From Candidatus Caenarcanales bacterium (GTDB lineage: Bacteria > Cyanobacteriota > Vampirovibrionia > 2-02-FULL-35-15), in assembly GCA_020050435.1 (NCBI GenBank), contig JAGVKQ010000022.1, positions 17,305 through 81,304 of the forward strand: 64,000 nt of DNA, written 5' to 3'. The notes under the pieces are model-generated. The model saw nothing but the letters and a program-made list of their open reading frames with translations, searched no databases and was not told where the DNA came from. The stretch's first letter is position 1. Every line of letters starts with the position of its first letter. The position numbers and the translations under genes are program-made. Positions 18,368-27,918 of the stretch are shown piece after piece.

Positions 18368-20077
18368 GTGAAAATGGATAAGAATCTTAAACATCAAAGT
18401 AAAACAGTTTGTGATGGTCCAGAACGTGCACCACATAGAGCTTTCTTTCGTGCAATGGGATTAGGCGATAAAGAAATCAGCCAACCATTTATAGGCGTAG
18501 CTACTACATGGAATGAAGCTACTCCATGTAATTTAACTTTGCATGATCAGGCAGAAGCAATTAAAAAATCAATTTCAAAAAATGGTGGAACACCACGTGA
18601 GTTTACAGCAATTTCAGTTAGTGATGGAATAGCCATGGGACATGAAGGCATGAAATCATCTCTTGTTAGTAGAGAAGTTATTGCTGATTCAGTAGAGCTT
18701 ATGATGCGTGGACATTGCTATGATGCACTCGTAGGAATTGCAGGTTGTGATAAAAGTCTTCCTGGAATGATGATGGTAATGCTTAGACTTAATCACCCAT
18801 CTATTTTTCTTTATGGTGGAACGATTATGCCAGGAAAACATAATGGACAAGATATTACTGTTCAGGAAGTTTATGAAGCTGTCGGTGCGCATAGTGCTGG
18901 AAAAATAAGTGATGAAGAACTTTATGCGATAGAATGCGGAGCTTGTCCTGGAGCGGGTTCGTGTGGTGGTCAATTCACTGCAAATACCATGGCATGTGTA
19001 GCAGAGGCGATAGGGATTGCATATCCTGGAAGTAGTGCATTTCCTGCTATTGATCCGCTTAGAGCTAATATGCATGAAATATTAGGTAAAACCATAATGA
19101 CTCTCTTAAAAGAAGATATTAAACCACGCGATATTATGACTAAAAAAGCATTTGAAAATGCAACTAGAGTAGTAGCTGCTACAGGTGGTTCTACAAATGC
19201 TGTTTTACATTTGCCAGCTATGGCATATGAAGCTGGATTTAAATTCACTGTGGAAGACATTGAAAAAATATTTAATGAAACACCATATTTTGTAGATCTT
19301 AAGCCAGGTGGAAAATACACTGCTTATGATGTTCACAGAGTAGGTGGTGTACCTGTAATTTTAAAAGTTCTATTAGATGCAGGTCTTTTACATGGTGATT
19401 GTTTAACAGTCACTGGTAAAACAATGGCTGAAAATTTGAAAGACATAAAGTTTCCAGAAAACCAAGATGTAGTTCGTCCAATTTCTCAAGCAATGAGTAA
19501 AACTGGTGGAGTGAAAATTCTAAAAGGAAATCTTTCCCCAGATGGTGCAGTAGTAAAAGTAGCAGGATGTAAAAAACTTATTCATCGCGGTCCAGCAAAA
19601 GTATTTGATGGTGAACAAAGTACATTTGAAGCTATTATGAATAAAGAAGTTAAAGCTGGTGATGTTGTAGTAATTCGCTATGAAGGACCACAAGGTGGAC
19701 CTGGTATGCGTGAAATGCTCTCTGTTACAGCAGCACTTTATGGTCAGGGATTAGGTGCTGATTGTGCTCTATTAACTGATGGAAGATTTAGTGGTGCTAC
19801 ACGTGGACTTATGGTGGGTCATGTAGCTCCTGAAGCTTATGTCGGTGGTCCTATTGCTTTACTACAAAATGGAGACATAGTAGAAATCAATGCTGAAAAA
19901 GGAACCATCACAGTAGAACTTTCTGATAGTGAATTAAAATCCAGAAAAACTAAATGGAGAAGACCAGAACCAAATTATAAATCTGGTGTTTTAGCAAAAT
20001 ATGCATCATTAGTAGGAAGTGCTAGAGATGGAGCGGTTACTACTGCTAAGTTTGAGAAAGAACCTTCAATAGTTTAA
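18368..20077 (+). CDS. ilvD: Dihydroxy-acid dehydratase
   Basis: [28 protein letters not shown] and TDGRFSG motifs. Confidence 0.97.
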   Translation: MKMDKNLKHQSKTVCDGPERAPHRAFFRAMGLGDKEISQPFIGVATTWNEATPCNLTLHDQAEAIKKSISKNGGTPREFTAISVSDGIAMGHEGMKSSLVSREVIADSVELMMRGHCYDALVGIAGCDKSLPGMMMVMLRLNHPSIFLYGGTIMPGKHNGQDITVQEVYEAVGAHSAGKISDEELYAIECGACPGAGSCGGQFTANTMACVAEAIGIAYPGSSAFPAIDPLRANMHEILGKTIMTLLKEDIKPRDIMTKKAFENATRVVAATGGSTNAVLHLPAMAYEAGFKFTVEDIEKIFNETPYFVDLKPGGKYTAYDVHRVGGVPVILKVLLDAGLLHGDCLTVTGKTMAENLKDIKFPENQDVVRPISQAMSKTGGVKILKGNLSPDGAVVKVAGCKKLIHRGPAKVFDGEQSTFEAIMNKEVKAGDVVVIRYEGPQGGPGMREMLSVTAALYGQGLGADCALLTDGRFSGATRGLMVGHVAPEAYVGGPIALLQNGDIVEINAEKGTITVELSDSELKSRKTKWRRPEPNYKSGVLAKYASLVGSARDGAVTTAKFEKEPSIV

Positions 20078-20101
20078 TAACTTCTTGAACAGGTAATTAA
20101 T

Positions 20102-20635
20102 ATGGAAAAAAGTGAATTTACTCAACTGTTACAAAATGAAAATGAACATATAAGTAAATTGCATAAGATTGTTCTTGATTCAGTAGATGAAGAAAAGCTT
20201 TTAGCAGATAAGGTTTACTCATCTACTGAAAGCCTTTCCTTGGCAGATAAATTAGCAGATAAAGTTGCTGAGTTTGGTGGAAGCTGGAAATTTATTATTT
20301 TATTTCTAGGAATGATCATATTCTGGATTGCTTTAAATGCATATTGGTTAAATAATAAAAGCTTTGATCCTTATCCATTTATTTTATTAAATCTTATTCT
20401 TTCATGTGTCGCAGCTCTACAGGCTCCTATTATTATGATGAGTCAAAACAGAAAAGAAGATCGTGATCGTAAACGTGCTGAAAATGACTATTTGATAAAT
20501 CTTAAATCAGAAATTGAAATTCGTAATTTACATCAAAAATTAGATTTACTTATGATTGAGCAAATGAAAAATCTTCTTGAAACACAGAAAGCACAAATGG
20601 AAAAACTTGAAAAGATTGAAGAAAAACTAAATTAA
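20102..20635 (+). CDS. DUF1003 domain membrane protein
   Basis: FGGSW, FDPYPFILLNL and QAPIIMMSQNR motifs. Confidence 0.93.
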   Translation: MEKSEFTQLLQNENEHISKLHKIVLDSVDEEKLLADKVYSSTESLSLADKLADKVAEFGGSWKFIILFLGMIIFWIALNAYWLNNKSFDPYPFILLNLILSCVAALQAPIIMMSQNRKEDRDRKRAENDYLINLKSEIEIRNLHQKLDLLMIEQMKNLLETQKAQMEKLEKIEEKLN

Positions 20636-20652
20636 TCACAAAAATAGTTGGC

Positions 20653-21489
20653 TTAAACACCACTAGAAAAATTTGCTTGAAGTTCTTTAAAGGTTAGATA
20701 AGTGCTAACGTAACTAATTCTTCCTGCTGCATTTATATCAAATCTAATTCCAGATCCATCTATTTCACTAACTGCTCTTTCTGCTGTATCAACTGTTTTA
20801 ATAGGGCAAGTTATTTCTCTATTTACAAATACTAAGAAATCTTCAACTGGATCTTTTAAGAAGTGCAAATCATCTAAAAGAAATGGCTTAGAAGAGCTAT
20901 TTACTTCTAATGTTTGTTCAGCAAGCATTTCATCTCTTTTATCTAAATACAATCTTAGTTCTGCTATTTCACCGGGTTCTAATCCTAAGTTATCAAAACT
21001 AATCTCTGCTTGAGGTACGTAAAAAAGTGGAATTTTCCTAGGGTCGTCTAAAATCGTATCCATGTGTAGTTTTATGAAATCTTTAAGAGGTAATGCTGAA
21101 AGTATCCCAGCTGAAAGAGGTTCTATGGTTATACCTTCTAAATCCCCTACTAGAATCATTTCAAATGCCTGAATTTGATCTCTTCTTTGAGTGGCACTTT
21201 GAGAATCTTCTGTTAATGTTACAGGACGATTGTCCTTTAATTTTTCAGTTCTTATACCACAATCAATAAGACTTTCTTTTAAGTTAGGAATTTGTGTTTG
21301 GTCTTGTAATGTACTTATTCTTCCTCTTAAAGATTTTTTGCCTGTTCCTTTTGGAAGAGCATCAAGTGCATCCAAAGTCTGGAGAGTCGTAAGTTCTGAA
21401 ATAGTTTTAGATTCTCTTCTTTCAAGGAGAGCAGCTCTAATGGCTTCAAGAGTCGTTGTTGTTTTTGGACCTATTCGTGTAACGTTCAT
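20653..21489 (-). CDS. Hypothetical protein, probable paralog of 21604-22428
   Basis: 278-aa ORF with a C-terminal pattern shared with its neighbour. Confidence 0.7.
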   Translation of the reverse strand: MNVTRIGPKTTTTLEAIRAALLERRESKTISELTTLQTLDALDALPKGTGKKSLRGRISTLQDQTQIPNLKESLIDCGIRTEKLKDNRPVTLTEDSQSATQRRDQIQAFEMILVGDLEGITIEPLSAGILSALPLKDFIKLHMDTILDDPRKIPLFYVPQAEISFDNLGLEPGEIAELRLYLDKRDEMLAEQTLEVNSSSKPFLLDDLHFLKDPVEDFLVFVNREITCPIKTVDTAERAVSEIDGSGIRFDINAAGRISYVSTYLTFKELQANFSSGV

Positions 21490-21603
21490 ATAATTTCCTA
21501 AAATAAGTTTTTTAATTATAGGCTGTTTTACACGTCCCTTTTATTAATTTTTTCTAATGTTTGAGAAAATCATCCTAAAGATGGAGTAATAATAAGAGAT
21601 TAT

Positions 21604-22428
21604 TTAATAGTTTTTATAAAAAGCTTCAATTGTTATTGTGTCGCCCCACTCATTGCATTTAACTTTTATAAAATCAACTTCACCTGATTTAATCTTTTCA
21701 GTTAGTTCGGTAACTGCTAATTGAGCTTCTGTACTTCTTAAAAGTAAGCTATCTTCTGTAGGATTTATTTCTATATTAAAGTCTTCAAAGATTCTAGCGC
21801 TTTCAATTAAGTCTTTCAAATCTCCAATAATTACTCTTTTATTTTTATCACTAATTCTTATTGTGTTTTCTTCTAGAACTCTTTGTCTAGATTTTATATA
21901 TTCTTTTATTTTTTTTGTAATAAGGTTTTCTTCTCTGTGGAGTAAATTTACTCCATTAATTGAGAGTTTTCTATCATAAGGAATATCACCTAATTGCAAA
22001 TCAGTATTAAACAAATCAATTAAAGCTACTAAATATTTTTCAGAAGATATTTCTTCCCCCGCTAGATGTTTTTTAACGCAATCTTCAGCTTCTTGAAAAA
22101 GCTTTCTGTTACCAAAAGGTGATTCTTCATCTAAAACTAAAACAGCTGATTGTAATCTTCTGTTTCTGGATAAAGAATTTACAAGTACTTTATCATCTAC
22201 TGTAGCAATTTGATTTATTATAGAAAAACCTGTGTCAGCATCCACCTCGCGCCATGATAATGCTTGTTGAAGTTCATCGATTAAATCAAATGTATCGCCT
22301 TGTCTCGATAAAGCAGTATGTGATTTTACGATAGTATTACCAAGAACTGCATTTATCGCAGCTCTTTGAGCTAAAACATCTGCAAGCTCATATACATCAA
22401 AATAAGGACTAATTTTTAAAAGGTTCAT
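21604..22428 (-). CDS. Hypothetical protein, probable paralog of 20653-21489
   Basis: Likely ATG at 22428; shared Y...R...L.E.T......K.....DL..L pattern. Confidence 0.7.
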   Translation of the reverse strand: MNLLKISPYFDVYELADVLAQRAAINAVLGNTIVKSHTALSRQGDTFDLIDELQQALSWREVDADTGFSIINQIATVDDKVLVNSLSRNRRLQSAVLVLDEESPFGNRKLFQEAEDCVKKHLAGEEISSEKYLVALIDLFNTDLQLGDIPYDRKLSINGVNLLHREENLITKKIKEYIKSRQRVLEENTIRISDKNKRVIIGDLKDLIESARIFEDFNIEINPTEDSLLLRSTEAQLAVTELTEKIKSGEVDFIKVKCNEWGDTITIEAFYKNY

Positions 22429-22482
22429 AAAATACTTAGTAGCTATTATAAAATGCTTTACATTTTTTCTCAAGTTTAAAGT

Positions 22483-22630
22483 AAACCGACTTCCCTAAAA
22501 TAGACTATACCTGCTGCAAGCTCCAGAGTGTTATGCCGATTTTTAACTTCACGTCGAAATTGGAAGTCGGTTTGATTTCGCTCGCTTAATCTCTCGTGGC
22601 AAACCACGGAGTATTAAGCTTCGCTCAAAT
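22483..22630. repeat. Inverted-repeat-bounded element plus adjacent REP-like hairpin
   Basis: AAACCGACTTCC (22483-22494) and GGAAGTCGGTTT (22562-22573); then cttaat-ctc-tcgtgg-caaa-ccacg-gag-tattaag. Confidence 0.55.
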
Positions 22631-22690
22631 AAGTTATAATAAACTTGCTTTTTTGAATACTGACTATATTTATAATTTTCTGAGCTCTAT

Positions 22691-22767
22691 GGCAGGTGTC
22701 GCCAAGTGGTTAAGGCCCCGGGTTGTGGTTCCGGTATTCGCGGGTTCAAGTCCCGTCATCTGCCCCA
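22691..22767 (+). tRNA. tRNA-His (GTG)
   Basis: G-1, acceptor stem GCAGGTG/CATCTGC, anticodon arm ccggg-ttGTGgt-tccgg, T-loop GGTTCAAGTCC, C73 followed by CCA. Confidence 0.96.
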
Positions 22768-24348
22768 TATGGGAAGAACAGAGGCACAAGCCTCTTCCTT
22801 CCCTTTATTTAAGCCACTTTCAGCTAGTTCTAACCTAACATTTGCATTATCAAGCTCTTCTTTGTTTTCAAGAATAGGTTTTAGCCAGAAAATAGGCTCT
22901 AGCTTTAGTTTCCTGTCTTTTAAAACAAAGTTCAATCCAAGTGAAGCAAGTACTTCTTTCCTCTTTTGTATATCGCCATTATCAAAGGCTTTCTTAGCGT
23001 TTTCAGCGAAATAAAAAACCCTTTGTGTAAGCTCAATCCAATCTAATGACCTTTTGTGAGTCTGGTCAAGTCTTTGCTTTATATTGACTAGTTCATTCTT
23101 TAAAGTCTCTTGCTCTTTGATAAATTGTTCATCTGTAATCAACTCACGATATCTCATTTGAATCAGATTATCCAATTGCTTTTGAGTTTGTACATAAGAT
23201 TTTTGTTGCATTTCATATTCTTGATTTCTAGCTTTTACTTCATTATCATTTGCTTCTTTTACTTTTCTTACTGCCCATTCTCTAAATTTTGTACTTATAC
23301 CAAATCCACTTATTTCTTTTAATATTTGTTTTTCCATATCACCTAAAGTAATACTTGGTTGATTACATTTATAGTTTTTATTTTTCTTAGTGCATCTGTA
23401 ATAAATATATTTTGCTATATCACCAGTGCTTTTTATATGTTTAAATTTCTCTTCAGCCGTTACATAACATCCACATTCACCACATTTAATCATTCCAGTA
23501 AAAGAAAACTCATGAGTTTTAGCTCTTGGTTTACCTTCTTTTCCTAACAAGAATTGAACCTTATCAAATTCATTTAAAGTAACCATAGCTTCATGCTGAC
23601 CAGGATAATTAAGCCCGCTATAACTAACTATTCCAGTATAAAAAACATTAGTAAATATTCTATATATGCTGCTATTAGATAGAGGTTTATTTCCACCCTT
23701 CTTACCTCTTCTAGTTCTAAATTTCCAATCTTTATTTGCAATCTCTATAATTTTTGGTGGATTATAATTTCCTGTAAGCATTAAATCCCACATTTTGCGT
23801 ACCAAATGACATCTTTCAGGATCATTAACTATAGTTCTAGTAGCAATATCATTTATGTAGCCAGTAGGTGCATAGCAAGGAAGCCAGCCTTTTTTTACTT
23901 TACTTTCTAATCCACGTTTTGTATTTCTTTTTAAATCAATGATAAATTGATTAGCCATTCCACTTTCAACACTAAACAATAAAACATTGTCTTCAGGTTT
24001 ATATTCTCTGGTATAAGTCCTTATAGATTTAATCGTACCTTCTTGAAGTAGCCAACTGATTTTTCCACTATCTATAGGATTTCTGCTTAATCTGTTTATT
24101 TCCCAGCATAAAATACCTTGAGCTTCTCCCTTTTCTATCCTTTGAAGCATATTTTCAAAAATGGGTCTATTGTTTGGCAATTTAGCAGATTTAGCTTCAG
24201 TAAAAGTTTTAACAATTTTTAAATCAAATCTCTTCGCTACTTCTTTAAGTTTATCTAACTGATCTTCAATAGACTGAACCTGCCTATCTTCAGCTTCCTG
24301 AGATTTTCTTACATAAATAAAATATTTAATTTGATTATTTTCTGACAT
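22756..24348 (-). CDS. Large serine recombinase/integrase (resolvase, recombinase and zinc-ribbon domains)
   Basis: YVRKS catalytic motif, RLSRN, CGECG...YYRC...C zinc ribbon, coiled coil; 3' end overlaps tRNA-His. Confidence 0.95.
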   Translation of the reverse strand: MSENNQIKYFIYVRKSQEAEDRQVQSIEDQLDKLKEVAKRFDLKIVKTFTEAKSAKLPNNRPIFENMLQRIEKGEAQGILCWEINRLSRNPIDSGKISWLLQEGTIKSIRTYTREYKPEDNVLLFSVESGMANQFIIDLKRNTKRGLESKVKKGWLPCYAPTGYINDIATRTIVNDPERCHLVRKMWDLMLTGNYNPPKIIEIANKDWKFRTRRGKKGGNKPLSNSSIYRIFTNVFYTGIVSYSGLNYPGQHEAMVTLNEFDKVQFLLGKEGKPRAKTHEFSFTGMIKCGECGCYVTAEEKFKHIKSTGDIAKYIYYRCTKKNKNYKCNQPSITLGDMEKQILKEISGFGISTKFREWAVRKVKEANDNEVKARNQEYEMQQKSYVQTQKQLDNLIQMRYRELITDEQFIKEQETLKNELVNIKQRLDQTHKRSLDWIELTQRVFYFAENAKKAFDNGDIQKRKEVLASLGLNFVLKDRKLKLEPIFWLKPILENKEELDNANVRLELAESGLNKGKEEACASVLPIWGR

Positions 24349-24645
24349 CTTCTTTTATCCCTGTGAAATGATCAATGAGTTCATTCATTGGTTTATCTTT
24401 CCTATTCTTTTTGCCTTAGGGAAGTTACCTTTTGGTACTTCCTTTTTAGGCTCTTCTTTAGGCTCTTCTTTAGGCTCTTCAGTATTTCTAGTAATACTTG
24501 TGTGTATTTCTCCTATCACTCCACCGACAATTACAACAAGTATGGGCAAGGCTACAATTGCCATTCCAATGTCTACTAGTTGTCCTATACCTGCTCCTAT
24601 TGTCATATATTAATCCTTTTTATTATTTTCTGACATCTTCTTTTA
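24334..24645. repeat. Perfect 24-bp direct repeat ATTATTTTCTGACATCTTCTTTTA at 24334-24357 and 24622-24645
   Basis: Read directly from the sequence; flanks the 73-aa ORF. Confidence 0.9.
24385..24606 (-). CDS. Small single-TM protein with KEEP repeats
   Basis: AAGGA RBS; hydrophobic segment; 12-bp tandem ttaggctcttct. Confidence 0.65.
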   Translation of the reverse strand: MTIGAGIGQLVDIGMAIVALPILVVIVGGVIGEIHTSITRNTEEPKEEPKEEPKKEVPKGNFPKAKRIGKINQ

Positions 24646-24796
24646 CCACCAACCATGTTTTAGCAATTTTTATTCCCTTCAATGAACCCGCTTTTATCCT
24701 TTCCTTTAATGTTGTTGCATTTGCATAACCTAGCTTTTCAGCATCTGCTAGTGTTATTAATTCTTTCCCTTTTTTGTTAAACACCTTTTCTTGCAT
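24623..24796 (-). CDS. Excisionase-like HTH protein (57 aa, missing from the ORF track)
   Basis: MQEKVFNKKGKELITLADAEKLGYANATTLKERIKAGSLKGIKIAKTWLVVKEDVRK; fits the HTH_17 pattern I..G.L...K....W. Confidence 0.75.
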   Translation of the reverse strand: MQEKVFNKKGKELITLADAEKLGYANATTLKERIKAGSLKGIKIAKTWLVVKEDVRK

Positions 24797-24805
24797 TTAT
24801 TACTA

Positions 24806-25450
24806 TTATACCCTTTCTTGTTCTTGTCGGTATCGACAATTCTTTAATACATAAGAGTTATTTATATATTTTTCAAACTTAGTGAAATTAGCTTTAAACT
24901 TCTGTAGTTTTTTTATGTAAGCATTAAACTTTCTAGTTGTATTATTACGGTATAAAGGTCTCTTTGCTCTTTTCCTTGCTTCTTCTAGCTCTCCTGCACT
25001 TATTTGTTTACCAAATTCCTTCCACTTGCCACTTAAATTACAGGCTTCATAAGTTAAATCATGACAGCTTCTGCAAGCGAAATAATGACTATAATTAGGC
25101 TTATATAAAACAGCACAGAGCTTGTTACAGGGTCCATTATTTGCTTTAATTGAGGAGCATAGGAAGAATGGCCTTATACCCCCAAGACTGCAAGGCAAGT
25201 AAGCAAGCTTAATATCATAATCAACAAACTCCTTTTGACCATAATTATTTTTTGAACAATACTGAAGGTTTATTGATGGATTATCAGCAGCATTTGCAAA
25301 TGAAAAGCTTATTTCATGTATGTCATCATTAATTACCAGCAATACTCCTGAAGAATCATTATCAAGGAATCCTTGCTGATTTAAAGTATAAATAGACAGC
25401 TTTAAACAGTCTTCTACTTCAGTTTTCTTATTCATTTGGTAATTTATCAT
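24806..25450 (-). CDS. Mobile-element-associated Cys-rich (zinc-finger-like) protein
   Basis: PCSLGG.RPFFLC...C...LY.P....FACRSC..LTY. Confidence 0.75.
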   Translation of the reverse strand: MINYQMNKKTEVEDCLKLSIYTLNQQGFLDNDSSGVLLVINDDIHEISFSFANAADNPSINLQYCSKNNYGQKEFVDYDIKLAYLPCSLGGIRPFFLCSSIKANNGPCNKLCAVLYKPNYSHYFACRSCHDLTYEACNLSGKWKEFGKQISAGELEEARKRAKRPLYRNNTTRKFNAYIKKLQKFKANFTKFEKYINNSYVLKNCRYRQEQERV

Positions 25451-25531
25451 AATTTACTTCTATCTGATTAGCTTAAAGTATCATCCCCTTGCCTAAATAA
25501 TTAGAGATAAGTATTGTTGATAGCCTTTTCA

Positions 25532-25582
25532 AGGTTTTAGCTTTTTTGAAACTATATGTATAAGAGCAAAAAGCTAAAACCT
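25532..25582. other. 15-bp inverted repeat downstream of the primase (candidate ori or terminator)
   Basis: AGGTTTTAGCTTTTT ...21 nt... AAAAAGCTAAAACCT. Confidence 0.5.
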
Positions 25583-25599
25583 AACTTTTACATTTAAGA

Positions 25600-27417
25600 C
25601 TATTCATCTTTAACTAAAATATACTTAGTACTATAATCACCTTTCCCACCAGAACCTACTTTTAATATAAGTTCTTGCGTTTGCAGCATTTTCAAAGCTT
25701 TAGTTATTGCATCTTTACTAAACTCTTTTGGAACTAATTGCTCATCTATCTCTTTCCTTAAAAGTCCAAGTGGCACATTTTTTAGAATTTCCATGATTCG
25801 TTTACTGGCTTTTTCAGATTCCTTTGGCTTGCTATCAAACACAAAATTACTAGCACTACCCTCACTCTCAAAAAATATTAAATTATTCTCATCTGTAGCA
25901 CGTCTGATTGCGATAGGCTCAACTTCTGGACCCTCTTTAATCTTATTGGGTGTTAGCTTCAATAAAGGGCCGTCTGTGGCTTTCTCAACTACTAAATGGG
26001 TATCTAGGTAAGAAAGGATATCTGAAGAACCTCTCAATTTTTGAGAAGCTTCTTCCCTTATGTCCTTTACTTTCTTTTTGTGGTGATGTGTAAATATTAC
26101 AGAAATTCCGAAAGTTCTACATTTTGCAATTTGACTGAAAAAATTATTTGTAACTTCTGACTCATTTTCTGATCCTGTTATAAATCGCCTGAAAGAATCC
26201 ATAATCAATACTTTAACGCCTCTTTGAGCTGCTTTCTCTAAAGTCTGATCCCATATCTTACCGTCTTTATGCAGAGTAACTACTTGATCGCATGAAAGAA
26301 TAATATCTTCACTTTCAATAACTTCTTTACCACCTCTCATACATTCAAATCTTTTTTTAAGATTAGATAAAATACTTTCTTTATCTAACATCCATACTTT
26401 TTGTTTTTCACACTGGAATTTATTTAGCCACATCCCGCCAGTAGCAAAACAAATTGCTAAATCTAAAAGCAAGAAAGTTTTATAACTTGCTGGATCACCA
26501 GAAAGCATTGCTATACCTTTTTCTTTCAATAAAGTATCTACTATCCATTTAGGTTCGGGGAAATCTGATCTAAGTAAATCTCTAATAGTAATTGGATTTA
26601 ACCAAGAGCCTGGTTCATGAGCTGATTCATATTGCTCTAATGCTTCAGAAGCAATTCTAGAATTACTAGCACTATTGAAGATAGAACCAAGTTCACCTTT
26701 TATATATGCTTCAGCATAAGTAGAAGCACATTTATCTTTAGCAAATGCTTTGAACATTTCCCATGCAAGTTTTTGTTGTTTAGGGAAACCTGAATGTAAT
26801 TGCTGTGCTATTAAATATAAGTCAGTATTCCTTTGTCCTTCTGGAATCTCTGCTGATTCTAATATATCTTGAATCTTCCCTTTGTTAGCAGAACCATCTT
26901 CAAAACATGATTCTAAAAGTTCGTAAGGTAATTCTGGAATGTCATCCCATGATTCAGGGAACTCAGTAATTTTATAAGCATTGCCATTTGGATGTATTGA
27001 TGGTGGAGCAAGTACATAACCACCTTCACCACGGAAATCTACACCAGGAATTCTCCTGCAGAAGTTAGGAAGTGATTTCCCTTTTGGCATTTTAAAATAA
27101 AAATGTAATCCACCATTTCCAGTTTCTACAGTAAAAGTATATGGAAGCTTAGAAATTAATTCATTTGCTTCTGGTGTTGATTCATCAATGTCTATTACAC
27201 AAATGTTTGATAAATTACCAGTAATGATTGCTATATTTTGAAACTCTTTAAACCATTCAGTTATTTCTTCAATGGTTGGATGTCTTTCTTGGTATTCCTT
27301 CCACTTCATTGAAGGGATTTTAGATTTAGGTGGAAGAGCAAGAATTGATAATCCTTGACTGCAATAATAAGTTACTAAATTTCTAAATGTTTTATACTGC
27401 TCTTCTGATTGTTCCAT
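25600..27417 (-). CDS. Bifunctional primase/polymerase (Prim-Pol) fused to an AAA_25/RepA-like helicase
   Basis: NIAIITG, VIDID, TGNGGLHFYF, DFRGEGGYVLAPPSIH, EGQRN; Walker A GDPASYKT; IMDS; LRGSS. Confidence 0.93.
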   Translation of the reverse strand: MEQSEEQYKTFRNLVTYYCSQGLSILALPPKSKIPSMKWKEYQERHPTIEEITEWFKEFQNIAIITGNLSNICVIDIDESTPEANELISKLPYTFTVETGNGGLHFYFKMPKGKSLPNFCRRIPGVDFRGEGGYVLAPPSIHPNGNAYKITEFPESWDDIPELPYELLESCFEDGSANKGKIQDILESAEIPEGQRNTDLYLIAQQLHSGFPKQQKLAWEMFKAFAKDKCASTYAEAYIKGELGSIFNSASNSRIASEALEQYESAHEPGSWLNPITIRDLLRSDFPEPKWIVDTLLKEKGIAMLSGDPASYKTFLLLDLAICFATGGMWLNKFQCEKQKVWMLDKESILSNLKKRFECMRGGKEVIESEDIILSCDQVVTLHKDGKIWDQTLEKAAQRGVKVLIMDSFRRFITGSENESEVTNNFFSQIAKCRTFGISVIFTHHHKKKVKDIREEASQKLRGSSDILSYLDTHLVVEKATDGPLLKLTPNKIKEGPEVEPIAIRRATDENNLIFFESEGSASNFVFDSKPKESEKASKRIMEILKNVPLGLLRKEIDEQLVPKEFSKDAITKALKMLQTQELILKVGSGGKGDYSTKYILVKDE

Positions 27418-27428
27418 TTTCCTTCCCC

Positions 27429-27569
27429 TTAATCCAAATCCATAATGATCTGCGTTATCCTAATCAATTTATTTGCAGCATCTAAAGCTAGTTCCTTACT
27501 TATTTCTTTTCCGAACTCCTCTTTGTATATAGCTTGAAATTCTTCAAGATCTTCGTCTGTAATCTTCAT
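27429..27569 (-). CDS. Small conserved element protein (46 aa, missing from the ORF track)
   Basis: MKITDEDLEEFQAIYKEEFGKEISKELALDAANKLIRITQIIMDLD; sits tightly between DUF5659 and the primase. Confidence 0.7.
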   Translation of the reverse strand: MKITDEDLEEFQAIYKEEFGKEISKELALDAANKLIRITQIIMDLD

Positions 27570-27571
27570 TG

Positions 27572-27823
27572 TTAGTTTCCGTATACTCTGGACTTGAGCA
27601 TTTTGATATTGTCAAAATAGCTGCGTGCACTCACTTGAAGATTATCCGACCAGTAATCTTCAATAACTTCATCAATACCGTCATCTTTTTGAAATATGAA
27701 TAAAACTTTTTTAGGGTTCAATTTATTTAAATTAATCAATGTGTAATTTGTAGAAATCAAACTAGAAGCTAGCCCAAGATCAGAAGTCGAAAACAGTTTA
27801 TTTTGAGTAATAGTTCTTATCAT
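27572..27823 (-). CDS. DUF5659-like protein
   Basis: FSTSDLGLAS.L, K..F.F and YW...L.V....YF..IK.LKSR.Y patterns. Confidence 0.8.
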   Translation of the reverse strand: MIRTITQNKLFSTSDLGLASSLISTNYTLINLNKLNPKKVLFIFQKDDGIDEVIEDYWSDNLQVSARSYFDNIKMLKSRVYGN

Positions 27824-27886
27824 AGTAATTGCCTAAAAAACAAAAAAGCCAAAGCTGATTTACAACTCTGACTTTAGCTAATTGGT

Positions 27887-27917
27887 ATGTGAATCACATG
27901 AGACTCACGTGACTCAC
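27887..27917. promoter_or_regulatory. Phased TGA.TCAC repeats/palindromes (candidate regulator sites)
   Basis: ATGTGAATCACAT, GACTCAC and GTGACTCAC at ~10-bp spacing upstream of the replication operon. Confidence 0.5.
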
Positions 27918-27918
27918 T

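Noticed and set aside
22596..23014. Plus-strand ORFs of 80 and 102 aa
   Set aside because: They overlap tRNA-His and the antisense strand of the integrase; spurious.
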